Assembly: GCA_964584815.1 (NCBI GenBank) | Contig: CAZPBO010000005.1 | Coordinates: 10,463-58,772, forward strand | DNA: 48,310 nt | Source: an uncultured Planctomycetota bacterium | GTDB lineage: Bacteria > Planctomycetota > SKW154 | Direction: 5' to 3' | Part shown: one piece after another, positions 27,785 to 36,831 of the stretch | Layout: every line of letters starts with the position of its first letter | Numbering within the stretch: the stretch's first letter is position 1 | Notes under the pieces: model-generated | Seen by the model: only the letters and a program-made list of their open reading frames with translations | Told to the model about the DNA's origin: nothing | Databases searched by the model: none | Position numbers and translations under genes: made by a program

Positions 27785-28728
27785 AGCGAAGGCTACGCCG
27801 CACCTTCAAATCCCTTTACCGCTATGCTTTATGGGCGCTGGGAAAACTTGCCGTTCTGCCGTTCTGCGATATGCCCCAACCCCTCCTGCGATTTCTGCTC
27901 TTCAACCTTCATCCGCTGTGGATGGTATTTGAGTCGCGCCACCGCAAAGTGGCGCTTCTGCAGGTCAAGGAAGCGCTGGGCGTGGACGATGCGGAAGCCA
28001 AAAAGATTGTGCGGGAGATGTTTCGCAATATTCGCTACAACATAGCAGAGTTTGTATCGCTGCCACGGGCGCGACCAAAACGCATCTTACAGGCTGTGGA
28101 TGGCGAGGAGTATGTGAGGGAGGTGACGCGGCTACGGCGTCCTGACTGTGGCGTGATTGTGGCGACAGGACATATAGGGTTTTGGGAACTGTTCGGTGCC
28201 TACTCTTCGCTGCGTGTTCCCACAACGGTCATAGCAAAGAGAATCTATTTTCCGCGTTATGAGAGGGAGGTGGCGTATCTACGACGGCGATTTGGTATGA
28301 GGGTTGTCTATCAGGATGAAGGGATAAAGCCTGTGTTGGTAGCGCTGCGGCGGGGCGACGCCATCGGCATACTCGTGGACCAGGACATAAAGTCGGTGGC
28401 GGGGGTGTATGTGCGTTTTTTTGGGAAAGAGGCTTACACGCCCAGTGCGCCAAGCGCCTTATCCGTCGCCACAGGCGCACCCATCCTGCCCGCCGCCATC
28501 ATCCGACTTGCCCCCAACAGACACCGCATCATCTTTGAGGAACCCATATTCCCGCCTGCAAAGGTGAGCGATAAAGTTGCCGCGCGCCTTCAGTTAACCC
28601 AGAAATGGACAAGCGCGCTTGAACGCATCATCCGCCGATACCCCCAACAGTGGGTCTGGTTCCATAAGCGATGGAAAACGCGTCCTGAAAATCTGCCGGC
28701 ACCCCGCATCAGTGCGGTAGACCAATAA
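27781..28728 (+). CDS. Lipid A late acyltransferase family (LpxL/HtrB-like)
   Basis: ATGHIGFWE (HxxxxE/D acyltransferase motif). ATGA overlap with hldC. Confidence 0.75.
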   Translation: MKRRLRRTFKSLYRYALWALGKLAVLPFCDMPQPLLRFLLFNLHPLWMVFESRHRKVALLQVKEALGVDDAEAKKIVREMFRNIRYNIAEFVSLPRARPKRILQAVDGEEYVREVTRLRRPDCGVIVATGHIGFWELFGAYSSLRVPTTVIAKRIYFPRYEREVAYLRRRFGMRVVYQDEGIKPVLVALRRGDAIGILVDQDIKSVAGVYVRFFGKEAYTPSAPSALSVATGAPILPAAIIRLAPNRHRIIFEEPIFPPAKVSDKVAARLQLTQKWTSALERIIRRYPQQWVWFHKRWKTRPENLPAPRISAVDQ

Positions 28729-29215
28729 CCACCCGCACCCCCTTCACATACCCCTGCCCCGCCTCATCGTAGAAGAAATCAGTCCTGTCTATCTGCTTGA
28801 TGTAAAGACCGTAACGGCTCTGCTCCACCGCCCGCATAAAGTCCACCATCTTGCCCCACTCAAGGGTCTGAGGTGAGCGGAAAATTATAACACCGCGCTT
28901 TCGGTCAGGGGTTATGGTGAATGGCGCTTCCTCCCCCACATAGCGGCGCCACACACGCCTCACAAAACTGGAGAGCATCCGCTCCTCCTGTTGGTCGGTT
29001 TTGCGCAAGGAGCCGAGATACGGCTTGTTTGCGGGGTCCTTAAGCATGGCGCGCAGACGCTCAAATGCGCGCATCTCCCTCCGCAACGCGCTCTGAGCAT
29101 GAGCGTCTCGGGTGTAGAAAACGACTACGAGCACCCCCATCACACCTGTTGCAATAGCCATCAACAGAACGAACAAAGCGCCCGCACTTATGCCACCTTC
29201 CTCATTTTCTGCCAC
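28709..29215 (-). CDS. Bitopic membrane protein, GspM/PilO-like by position and topology
   Basis: 168 aa with TM ALFVLLMAIATGVMGVLVVVF, then a helix and an alpha/beta domain. It is the last gene of the GspK-L cluster. The family call is tentative. Confidence 0.5.
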   Translation of the reverse strand: MAENEEGGISAGALFVLLMAIATGVMGVLVVVFYTRDAHAQSALRREMRAFERLRAMLKDPANKPYLGSLRKTDQQEERMLSSFVRRVWRRYVGEEAPFTITPDRKRGVIIFRSPQTLEWGKMVDFMRAVEQSRYGLYIKQIDRTDFFYDEAGQGYVKGVRVVIGLPH

Positions 29216-30752
29216 GCTTACGCTCCTTCTTCGGCTTCAGTGTATATTCATACCAGTAGCGCATCTCCTCCACAACCTGCCCTCCTTCCACCTTCTTCTT
29301 CACCTTTTCACTGCCACTTTTGGGTTCCCCATCAAGCACAAAGCCTGTTCTGCCGCCACTCAGCAGGTATTCGGCTATCTGTGGACCGATATCCACCTTG
29401 TCGCAGGTTACCTTAATGCGCGCTTGGCGAGGGGAGATTGAGATGGAGTCAAGAAGGAGAATTGCCTTAACCTTGCTGGCGGCTCTTCCACGAGCGGCGG
29501 CAAAATCAACAAGCACATCAAGTGCGCTCACCCTGCCCTCCTCCGCGCGCATTCCTTTCTTGCGCCTCTTTATCACATACGCAAACGCCCTCGCATACTC
29601 CTCCACGGTTGTCGCGTGCCGTCTTATGCCCGGAACCAAAGGCTTTTCCTCCGCCCCAAAAGCGGCGTAGAAATACTCCCGTGCCAACTCCTTCAGTTTC
29701 GCCAAAGCGGCACTGTCGCGGGAGTAGCGGAACTGAAACGCATACGCCAGTATAAGACAGATGAAGAACAGCAGAGTCACCATACAGGCAAGACCGCTTT
29801 TTAAGCGCTCAAAGGGGCGCATATAAGCCAACTCGCCGCGGCGCAGGTCAAGCCCCAGTGCATCGTAGCCGAGCATCTTTATCGCCCCACCCGCTGCCAC
29901 ATATCCCCCCTTCATAAACAGACGCCTCCCCTCATCGTCCAAACCTTCCGCCATCGGCGTAAGGTCAACCCGCCCAATCTCAGCATTAAACCTCGCCGCT
30001 AGAGCATCCTCAATACCACCTGTATCTCCACAAACCACCACCCTTTCAAGACCAATTTCAAGCCCCGCCGCAACCACCGTCCGCTTCACCTCCCTCACCA
30101 GACGCTCCACACGCCTTTCTCCCTCCCCCGCAAACAGCGCACGAACCTTCTGTAGTGTCCCTTCGTTATGAAGGAAAAGATAGACCATACCGCCGGCGAA
30201 GCAGAAAAGCGCTTCTCTTTTTGGGGAAGGGGTGTAACCGCACGCCAAGGCTGTGTTATAGGCACAGGCAACATCCACATCAACCTTGCGGGGATTTGCA
30301 CCGCCTGTCTGCATCGCCTCTATCCATTGCCGAACCCGCTCCTTCTCCATCGCAACAATCAGAACGCGGCTTTTGCCATCCGCCTCGCCCATCTTGTGGA
30401 AATCAACGACGAAGTCTTCGGGTTTGCCTTCAGCCATAAGACGGGCGGCTTCAAACGGCACCGTCGCACGAATGTGGTCGTCCCTTACAAGCCCCAGCAC
30501 CACCTCACGAACAAGACCTATTTTGGCAGGCATTACAGAGACGGCGTAAGAAGCCCGCCGCCGTCCCAGCAAACGCTTCACCCCCTCCGCAAACGGTGAA
30601 CCCTGCTTTTCCTTATCCTCTTCCCCCTCTTCAGAAACCGCTTTCAGCGTCTCCGACCCAACCCAAACGGCTTTCAAACCACCTCGCCGCCGCTCCATCA
30701 CTACAGATATCAACTCATCACCGCGCTGATATAAGCCTAACGCCTCCATCAC
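29202..30752 (-). CDS. GspL/PilM-like assembly protein (actin-like cytoplasmic domain, TM, periplasmic domain)
   Basis: 516 aa with an N-terminal PilM-like region (VSVMPAKIGLVREV...VDVDVACAYNTAL), a TM LACMVTLLFFICLILAYAF, and a C-terminal extracytoplasmic domain. Confidence 0.65.
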   Translation of the reverse strand: MMEALGLYQRGDELISVVMERRRGGLKAVWVGSETLKAVSEEGEEDKEKQGSPFAEGVKRLLGRRRASYAVSVMPAKIGLVREVVLGLVRDDHIRATVPFEAARLMAEGKPEDFVVDFHKMGEADGKSRVLIVAMEKERVRQWIEAMQTGGANPRKVDVDVACAYNTALACGYTPSPKREALFCFAGGMVYLFLHNEGTLQKVRALFAGEGERRVERLVREVKRTVVAAGLEIGLERVVVCGDTGGIEDALAARFNAEIGRVDLTPMAEGLDDEGRRLFMKGGYVAAGGAIKMLGYDALGLDLRRGELAYMRPFERLKSGLACMVTLLFFICLILAYAFQFRYSRDSAALAKLKELAREYFYAAFGAEEKPLVPGIRRHATTVEEYARAFAYVIKRRKKGMRAEEGRVSALDVLVDFAAARGRAASKVKAILLLDSISISPRQARIKVTCDKVDIGPQIAEYLLSGGRTGFVLDGEPKSGSEKVKKKVEGGQVVEEMRYWYEYTLKPKKERKRGRK

Positions 30753-31280
30753 TCACTCCAGACTCAAAGGTATCACCGCAGTCTTGCCCTTCTCATCACG
30801 AAAGACAAAATCGTATCTCAGATTGGGAACCTTCTCTTCCACGGCTGCCAGCCATATCTTGGGGTTCTCCACCACAAGGTCGCCTACTTTCAGGAATACT
30901 CCCACAAGTTTTGTGTAGCGTCCCTCCTGACGGCGAGCCACAACAAAAACGCCGCATTTATCCTTGTCGTTCTTGTCGTAAAGAACGCCGAGGAACTGAT
31001 AAATGACGCCAAGAACCGCGGTTCTAATTGGAGTAGGCGCTGTCTCCTCGGTGGTGGTCGGAGCAGCAGTTGTGGGAACACGCGCAAGCATTTTCACCGC
31101 CTGATAAAACGATGCGGGAAGCGTCGGCAAACGCTGATTCTTCGGAACATATTCGCTTGGGTCCTCACGCGATATGTTCACCACCTCCTTAAAAAACGAC
31201 TTCCCGAACCACAACCACCAACTGAGATAGGCAAGCAGGAAAACCAACGCCAGATTGACAAAAACAAGCAGAAGACGCAC
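30753..31280 (-). CDS. Bitopic protein with GspC-HR/PilP-like beta domain
   Basis: TM LLLVFVNLALVFLLAYL, a T/P-rich linker, and a beta-rich C-terminus (LGVIYQF...GVFVVARRQEGRYTKLVGVFLKVGDLVVENPKIWLAAVEE). The family call is tentative. Confidence 0.45.
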   Translation of the reverse strand: MRLLLVFVNLALVFLLAYLSWWLWFGKSFFKEVVNISREDPSEYVPKNQRLPTLPASFYQAVKMLARVPTTAAPTTTEETAPTPIRTAVLGVIYQFLGVLYDKNDKDKCGVFVVARRQEGRYTKLVGVFLKVGDLVVENPKIWLAAVEEKVPNLRYDFVFRDEKGKTAVIPLSLE

Positions 31281-32306
31281 CTATTCCTCCTTCCAGTAGA
31301 CAAGCGTTGTCTTGCCTGCCACACGCTTTATGACGGCGTATCCCTTCACCTTTCCTACGGTGTCCTCTGTCTCAAAACGCACAATAAAATATGTGGAAAC
31401 AGTTGTCAAATAGTTCTTCAGGGATGGGTCACGCGCAAATATTGTCTCAAGCCCTGGCACTTTGGCAAGATCAGTCACCTTTGAGAAGTGGTTCTCCCGG
31501 CGGTAATCAACAACAGCGTCGGCTTTTTCTTCGTCTATATAGGCGGATATAGCCATAAGAACCTCTTTTGGCGCAGTGTTGATGTTGACTCTGCCCAGAC
31601 CATAGAGGGTGACAAACTCCCGAAAACCACGAACTGTCTCCTCGGTGTCGGGATTTGTATAGCCGTAAAAGATGCGCTCGTTCATCTCTGGAACGCGGAG
31701 CAAGTCCTCCAGAACGGATGGGACTTTGTTGGGGGCACCTGCTTCATAATCTCCTTTTTTGTCGGAGTCAATCCAGTCGGCAAGGGAGTTGGCGAGCGTG
31801 GTTGCTTCCTCTTCCCAACCGAGGTTACGGAGGAGGCGTTTGACGGCGGTGCGTGTGCGGATGTAGGAAGAGGTGCCGCTTTTCTTCAAGTCCTGAAGCG
31901 GGATAAAACGCTCAGCATCCTTAATCACCGCCGTCACCTTGACATCACCGAACTGCCGCTCTTTTATCACATTACCCGCCCAGCAATCCGACAGAGAATC
32001 AACAACATTGCTCTTGGCGTCCTTCTCAAGATACGCCCTTGCCAGACTTACCGCTGCACGCACCCCATACAACCCGCACACACGCCCCTTCTCCATCTCC
32101 ACCCGACGACGCTCAACCCCCACACTCAACGACAACTGATACACCACAACCACCAGAACCGACACCAATATCATAACGAGAATCAACGCGACGCCTTTGC
32201 GACCCCCCTCGCAAACGCAAAACAGTAGTTTTGAAGTGGTGCATCTTCCTGTGCCGCGTATGCCCTCCTCACCTTCATTAGGGGAAAGCATTTCACGCCT
32301 CCACAT
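31281..32306 (-). CDS. gspK: GspK-like minor pseudopilin
   Basis: Hydrophobic N-terminus RKGVALILVMILVSVLVVVV and the hallmark VNINTAPKEVLMAI motif. The true start is probably downstream of 32306, because the first ~35 codons overlap the upstream ORF. Confidence 0.7.
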   Translation of the reverse strand: MWRREMLSPNEGEEGIRGTGRCTTSKLLFCVCEGGRKGVALILVMILVSVLVVVVYQLSLSVGVERRRVEMEKGRVCGLYGVRAAVSLARAYLEKDAKSNVVDSLSDCWAGNVIKERQFGDVKVTAVIKDAERFIPLQDLKKSGTSSYIRTRTAVKRLLRNLGWEEEATTLANSLADWIDSDKKGDYEAGAPNKVPSVLEDLLRVPEMNERIFYGYTNPDTEETVRGFREFVTLYGLGRVNINTAPKEVLMAISAYIDEEKADAVVDYRRENHFSKVTDLAKVPGLETIFARDPSLKNYLTTVSTYFIVRFETEDTVGKVKGYAVIKRVAGKTTLVYWKEE

Positions 32307-32578
32307 CTAAGCGCCAACTCTTGCCTCACCTTATCAAACTCATAAACCCCACCAATGTTGCGCCTCAACACCTCCGCAAAATAAGCACCCATCATCGTCA
32401 AAACCTGCTTGTTCGCCCCCTTCTGACGCAACTCCTCAAGATACTCGTCCAGAAACTCTATATCATCAAAACAGTAACGCAGAACCACGCCCTTCAACAC
32501 CTTCATCCTCTTGCGAAACAACTCCGCGGTTTTGACCACACCTCTTAAACGCTCATCCCCTGCTTCGGGCAACCTCAC
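32183..32578 (-). CDS. Hypothetical soluble protein
   Basis: 131-aa ORF with protein-like composition (DIEFLDEYLEELRQ...GAYFAEVLRRNIGGVYEF). No prepilin leader. Confidence 0.5.
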   Translation of the reverse strand: MRLPEAGDERLRGVVKTAELFRKRMKVLKGVVLRYCFDDIEFLDEYLEELRQKGANKQVLTMMGAYFAEVLRRNIGGVYEFDKVRQELALRCGGVKCFPLMKVRRAYAAQEDAPLQNYCFAFARGVAKASR

Positions 32579-32657
32579 TTCCTCGCCCCATTAACACTAC
32601 CTTTACACCAATTATACAAAACAACAAGCCGCAGAAAAGCGATTAGACAGAAACTAA

Positions 32658-32840
32658 CTAACTGCTGCTGGGGCACTCCGCCTTCTTGCCTTTCTCACAC
32701 AACGCCCACACAAGACACGCTTTGCGGAATTTGCAGAACCTTTTGGGGTCCGGGCATTTGCAACATTCCTCACAGTAAGCGCGGGAATACTTCTGGCAGA
32801 AGGCGCAAGCCTCGCGGTCGGGGTGGTTGACACACTTCAC
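32658..32840 (-). CDS. Cys-rich microprotein (11 Cys in 60 aa, B-box/zinc-finger-like)
   Basis: The GTG start overlaps the Fur-family stop (GTGA), with AGGA about 9 nt upstream. Sequence: KCVNHPDREACAFCQKYSRAYCEECCKCPDPKRFCKFRKAC. Confidence 0.5.
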   Translation of the reverse strand: MKCVNHPDREACAFCQKYSRAYCEECCKCPDPKRFCKFRKACLVWALCEKGKKAECPSSS

Positions 32841-33268
32841 TTCTGTTTTCCTGCACAGAGCCTACAAACCCCCCGAAGCACCACCTCCATATCCTCTGTT
32901 GAGGCAAAATCTTCCAGCGCTTTACCCGCGTGACAGGTGATGACATCCGCTGGAATGTCAACGATGCGTCCACAGACACGGCAGACGGCGTGATGATGGG
33001 GGGTTGTGTCGGCATCAAACCGCATACGGTCGGGGTCAACACAAAGCGCCCGCACCATCCCACTCCTTATCAACTCGCGCAGAAAACGATAAACTGTCAC
33101 CCGTGCCGTCTGACCAAGCCTCGCCTTAACAAACGCAAATATCTCCTGAACCGTAGGATGGTTAGGATTGCCGTCCAAAAACTCCAGTATCGCCAGTTTC
33201 TGCGGAGTCATCCGCTCTCCGCTCCTTGCCGCGTGCTCCCTGTAACGCTCAACCAAGCCCTTTGCCAT
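32837..33268 (-). CDS. Fur-family metalloregulator (PerR/Fur/Zur type unresolved)
   Basis: MAKGLVERY... start is preceded by GGAGG. Winged-helix segment TVYRFLRELIRSGMV, HHHAVCRVCG and a second CRLC pair (structural Zn site). Confidence 0.85.
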   Translation of the reverse strand: MAKGLVERYREHAARSGERMTPQKLAILEFLDGNPNHPTVQEIFAFVKARLGQTARVTVYRFLRELIRSGMVRALCVDPDRMRFDADTTPHHHAVCRVCGRIVDIPADVITCHAGKALEDFASTEDMEVVLRGVCRLCAGKQK

Positions 33269-33372
33269 AAATCCGCCTCCAACACCGTAACAAAAGATAC
33301 ACATCAGAACTGGCGAGGCAACAAAACTTTCTGTTTTACAAGCCACAATTTTTAACTGACACTATGGCTCTT

Positions 33373-33402
33373 TTGCATTGATTTCGCAACAACAACGATA
33401 AT
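33373..33402 (+). promoter_or_regulatory. Sigma70-type promoter candidate for the oxidoreductase gene; the -10 overlaps a GATAAT Fur-box-like half-site
   Basis: TTGCAT at 33373-33378, 18-nt spacer, GATAAT at 33397-33402. It sits in the most AT-rich intergenic region of the window. Confidence 0.35.
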
Positions 33403-33500
33403 TTTACTTTTTTCGCGTTACATTGCTTTTTGGCTTCCCCGTTTTCAAGTAGTAGGATACACTTCTTTCAGATTCACCAACCCGTTTGGGAGGATGTGTT

Positions 33501-34838
33501 ATGAGAACAGATGTTTTGATTATTGGCGGAGGCGCTGCAGGTGTGATGGCAGCGGTTACGGCAAAGCGTCTTTACGGAGACAAATCGGTAACGCTTGTTC
33601 GCACCGACCCCGAAGCGGTGGTGCCCTGTGGTATTCCTTACATTTTTGGAACGCTTGACTCCGCCCGCAAGAACATTATGCCTGACAAGCCGATGGAGAA
33701 CTTAGGGGTAGCGCGAGTGATTGATGAGGCGGTGGAGTTGGATGTGGAAAAGAAAGTCGTGCATCTTAAAGGTAGTGAGGCAATTGAGTATGACAAATTG
33801 ATGATAGCGACAGGTTCGAGTCCTGCGCGGCTGCCGATTGAAGGCTTTGACCTTGAGGGTGTATGGGTTGTGCGCAAGTCGTTAGCGTATCTTGAGAAGA
33901 TGCGCGAGGCGGTTATGGCTGCCAAAAAGATTGTGATAATCGGCGGCGGCTTCATAGGCGTTGAATTCGCCGACGACATAAGTCTCATTGAGGGCAAGGA
34001 AGTTCATGTGGTGGAGATGCTGCCGCACTGTCTGGCTTTGGCGTTTGACGATGAGTTCTGCGAGGCAGGTGAGGCGAAGATGAAAGAGGCAGGCATTCAC
34101 ATCCACACAAACGCAAGGGTGAAGCGGATTGTTGGTGAGAACCGTGTGAGTGGTGTTGAGGTTGAGGGAGTTGGGACAATAGATGCCGATATGGTGATAG
34201 TGTCTGTAGGCGCGCGTTCAAACAACGAGTTGGCGAAGAATGCGGGGATTGAGGTGAACCGTTGGGGTGGCATTGTGGTTGACCGTTATATGCGCACAAG
34301 TGCTGCTGATGTGTTTGCGGCAGGAGACTGTGCGGAGAAGCGTTGTTTCTTCAGCGGCAAGGTGATACCTGCGCTTCTGGCGTCTGTGGCGTGTGCGGAG
34401 GCACGGATTGGCGCCGGGGCATTTTACAGTCTCTGCACGGTTAATGAGAATCGCGGCTCGCTTACAACCTTCACGACCAAGGTGCGCAATTTGGCGCTTG
34501 GTGGTTCGGGGTTGACCGAGCGGCGGGCGAAGCAGGAAGGATTCCGCACGGTCGTAGGAGTTGCACAGAATGTGGACAAGCATCCCGGCACACTGCCCGG
34601 CACTTCCCCGCTTAAGGTGAAACTCATCTTCTCAGAGAAGGGCGTTTTGCTGGGTGGACAGGTGTTTGGCGGTGGCAGTGTTGGAGAACTCTGCAACGCT
34701 ATTTCGGTTGCTATCCAGAACGGGATGACACTTGACAGACTCTTCTCAATGCAGATAGGAACGCATCCGTTCTTTACGGCATCGCCGATAGCGTATCCGT
34801 TTGTCTCTGCGGCGATTGATGCGGCAAAGAAACTGTAG
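33501..34838 (+). CDS. FAD-dependent pyridine nucleotide-disulfide oxidoreductase (NADH oxidase / CoA-disulfide reductase family)
   Basis: ATG at 33501 follows GGGAGG. DVLIIGGGAAGV FAD fold, single redox Cys in VVPCGIPY, and a second Rossmann motif IVIIGGGFIGVE. Confidence 0.85.
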   Translation: MRTDVLIIGGGAAGVMAAVTAKRLYGDKSVTLVRTDPEAVVPCGIPYIFGTLDSARKNIMPDKPMENLGVARVIDEAVELDVEKKVVHLKGSEAIEYDKLMIATGSSPARLPIEGFDLEGVWVVRKSLAYLEKMREAVMAAKKIVIIGGGFIGVEFADDISLIEGKEVHVVEMLPHCLALAFDDEFCEAGEAKMKEAGIHIHTNARVKRIVGENRVSGVEVEGVGTIDADMVIVSVGARSNNELAKNAGIEVNRWGGIVVDRYMRTSAADVFAAGDCAEKRCFFSGKVIPALLASVACAEARIGAGAFYSLCTVNENRGSLTTFTTKVRNLALGGSGLTERRAKQEGFRTVVGVAQNVDKHPGTLPGTSPLKVKLIFSEKGVLLGGQVFGGGSVGELCNAISVAIQNGMTLDRLFSMQIGTHPFFTASPIAYPFVSAAIDAAKKL

Positions 34839-34848
34839 CATAGAAGCA

Positions 34849-34890
34849 AAGGACACGGCGGCAAGATTTTCCATCAACCGCCGTGTCCTT
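34849..34890. terminator. Bidirectional intrinsic terminator-like hairpin between convergent genes
   Basis: Perfect 13-bp inverted repeat: AAGGACACGGCGG (34849-34861) and CCGCCGTGTCCTT (34878-34890), with a 16-nt loop. It is followed by ATTTT on the plus strand and preceded by an A-rich run (CAAA) that gives a short U-tract on the minus strand. Confidence 0.7.
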
Positions 34891-34893
34891 ATT

Positions 34894-35601
34894 TTAGAAA
34901 AGGGTTCGTCCTTGTCTTGGGCGTTCTGGCGGTTTGCGTCCTTTGGAGACTGCGTCCGCAAACCGTATCGGTTCGGGAATTTTGTAGCCTCTGCAGCAGG
35001 AGAGAACGAACTTCACCGCCCAGTCAAGGTTGACTTTGTTTCCAACAGAGACGACGACTGGAGAGACGCCGTCTCTTGTGCGTAGCAGTGCGCCGATAGT
35101 TGAGCCGTCGGTGTCAACAAGAGCAACCGTGCTGCCGGCTGATGGGGGTAGTTCTCCTGTTGGTTTGCCGCAAAGGATAGATTTTGCACATCCTACAGAG
35201 GGAATATCTAACAGGACACCGAGATGTGAGGCGATACCGAAACGGCGTGGATGTGCTATTCCCTGCCCGTCAACGAGGAGCACATCAGGGGTGTTTTTGA
35301 GTTTTTCAAAAGCGGAGAGCAGTGGCGGCGCTTCCCTGAATGAAAGCAGTCCTGGAATGTAGGGAAAACGCACCTCCTCCTCATGCACCACTGTTTCAAG
35401 GGGTTGAAGTTCTGGGTATGAGAAGAGTGCGACAACAGCGCGTGCTCTGTTGTGGGGGAAGGCGACATCAACGGCGGCGAGGGAACGCACCTCCAACTGT
35501 TGGGGTGATGTCACAACGGAGGCGGCAAGTTTACGCTGCAACGCCATCGCTTTGCGCGGCTGAAGGTTCCACTCGTGGCGCACAACAGGCTTCAACGGCA
35601 T
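34894..35601 (-). CDS. nfi: Endonuclease V
   Basis: VAAVDVAF, PYIPGLLSFREAP, and LVDGQGIAHPRRFGIASHLGV. Confidence 0.9.
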   Translation of the reverse strand: MPLKPVVRHEWNLQPRKAMALQRKLAASVVTSPQQLEVRSLAAVDVAFPHNRARAVVALFSYPELQPLETVVHEEEVRFPYIPGLLSFREAPPLLSAFEKLKNTPDVLLVDGQGIAHPRRFGIASHLGVLLDIPSVGCAKSILCGKPTGELPPSAGSTVALVDTDGSTIGALLRTRDGVSPVVVSVGNKVNLDWAVKFVLSCCRGYKIPEPIRFADAVSKGRKPPERPRQGRTLF

Positions 35602-35963
35602 TCTTCCATCTCTACCCTGACGACCGCGTTCTTACCATCCAGATAGACAAAACGGGTCTTGAAGGAGGGGAGTTCTTTTGGTTCAAGGAGGACATAAGCG
35701 AGGATGTGTATGGAGTCGCCGACTTCGCCGAGCCGCGCGGCAGGACCATTCAACTCAATCACACCCGACCCTTCCTCTCCCCTTATGACGAAGGTATCAA
35801 AGCGTGCGCCGTTGTTCAGGTTCACCACAACGACACGCTGATTGGGCAGCAATCCTGCTTCTTCCATAATTTTTGCGTCAATGGTTATGGAACCGCCATA
35901 GTAGAGACGGCGCCCCGTGATTTTTGCGTTGTGAATCTTGGCGGCGAGCATCTCATACATCAT
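35592..35963 (-). CDS. panD: Aspartate 1-decarboxylase
   Basis: MYEMLAAKIHNAKITGRRLYYGGSITID, with the self-processing G-S site. The internal ATG at 35963/35960 is preferred over 36008. Confidence 0.88.
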   Translation of the reverse strand: MMYEMLAAKIHNAKITGRRLYYGGSITIDAKIMEEAGLLPNQRVVVVNLNNGARFDTFVIRGEEGSGVIELNGPAARLGEVGDSIHILAYVLLEPKELPSFKTRFVYLDGKNAVVRVEMEECR

Positions 35964-36831
35964 CGGCACTGACCTCACCACGCCCTGGGGCAAGCAGCAC
36001 ATTATCAATAAGCCGCGTGCGCCCTACATATACAGCAATCCCCAAAACTGCCGTCTTGTCAAGCAAAACGACGGGTTTAAGTGTGGATGCGTCACGCAAC
36101 TCAAGATACTGCACCTTCACGGAGGGGTATTTTTTAAGGATGTTGCGGGCAGCAGCCAGTATCTTTTCGGCATCACGCTCACCTGCCGCCACCGCATCCG
36201 CCGCCGCACATAATGCCTTCCTCAAACAGAGCGCTTCCTTACGCTCCTCCTCACTTAAATACGCGTTGCGGCTTGAAAGCGCAAGTCCTTGCGGCTCCCG
36301 AACTATCCCGCACAGAACCATCTCAACCCCAAAGTCAAGGTCGTCAACCATCCGTTTCAGTATCAGGAACTGTTGAAAGTCTTTCTGCCCGAAGTAGGCA
36401 CGATGCGGACGGATGATGTTGAAGAGTTTTGCCACCACAGTGCAGACACCGCGAAAATGCCCTGGACGGTGCGCACCGCACATACAATCCGACAACTCCT
36501 TATGCGGCTCAACATATGTGCCAAAGCCGTTAGGATACATCTGCTTATCCGTTGGCGCAAAAACGCAGTGCACTCCCGCATCTGCGCATTTGTCCACATC
36601 TTCCTCAAATGGACGCGGATACTGTTTGAAATCCTCTCTGGGACCAAACTGTGTCGGATTGACATATATGGAGACAACACAGCGGTCGCATTCCGCAACG
36701 CAACGGTTGATCAAGGAGAGATGCCCTTTATGCAAGGCGCCCATCGTGGGGACAAATCCCACAACAAGCCCTTTGCGGCGCCAGTCATCAGCGACCCCGC
36801 GCATCTTATCTTTTTCCCGTATCACCTCCAT
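35953..36831 (-). CDS. panC: Pantoate--beta-alanine ligase
   Basis: GFVPTMGALHKGHLSLI (HxGH-type motif). The start is at 36831 or 36846. Confidence 0.9.
   Translation of the reverse strand: MEVIREKDKMRGVADDWRRKGLVVGFVPTMGALHKGHLSLINRCVAECDRCVVSIYVNPTQFGPREDFKQYPRPFEEDVDKCADAGVHCVFAPTDKQMYPNGFGTYVEPHKELSDCMCGAHRPGHFRGVCTVVAKLFNIIRPHRAYFGQKDFQQFLILKRMVDDLDFGVEMVLCGIVREPQGLALSSRNAYLSEEERKEALCLRKALCAAADAVAAGERDAEKILAAARNILKKYPSVKVQYLELRDASTLKPVVLLDKTAVLGIAVYVGRTRLIDNVLLAPGRGEVSADDV

Noticed and set aside
32183-32306. A 124-nt same-strand overlap between the 131-aa ORF and the GspK-like ORF, considered as possible programmed frameshift or fusion.
   Set aside because: It is most simply a start-codon over-call. 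GspK-like proteins begin at the basic/hydrophobic segment (RKGVALILV...), which starts at about the end of the upstream ORF. No slippery sequence was noted.
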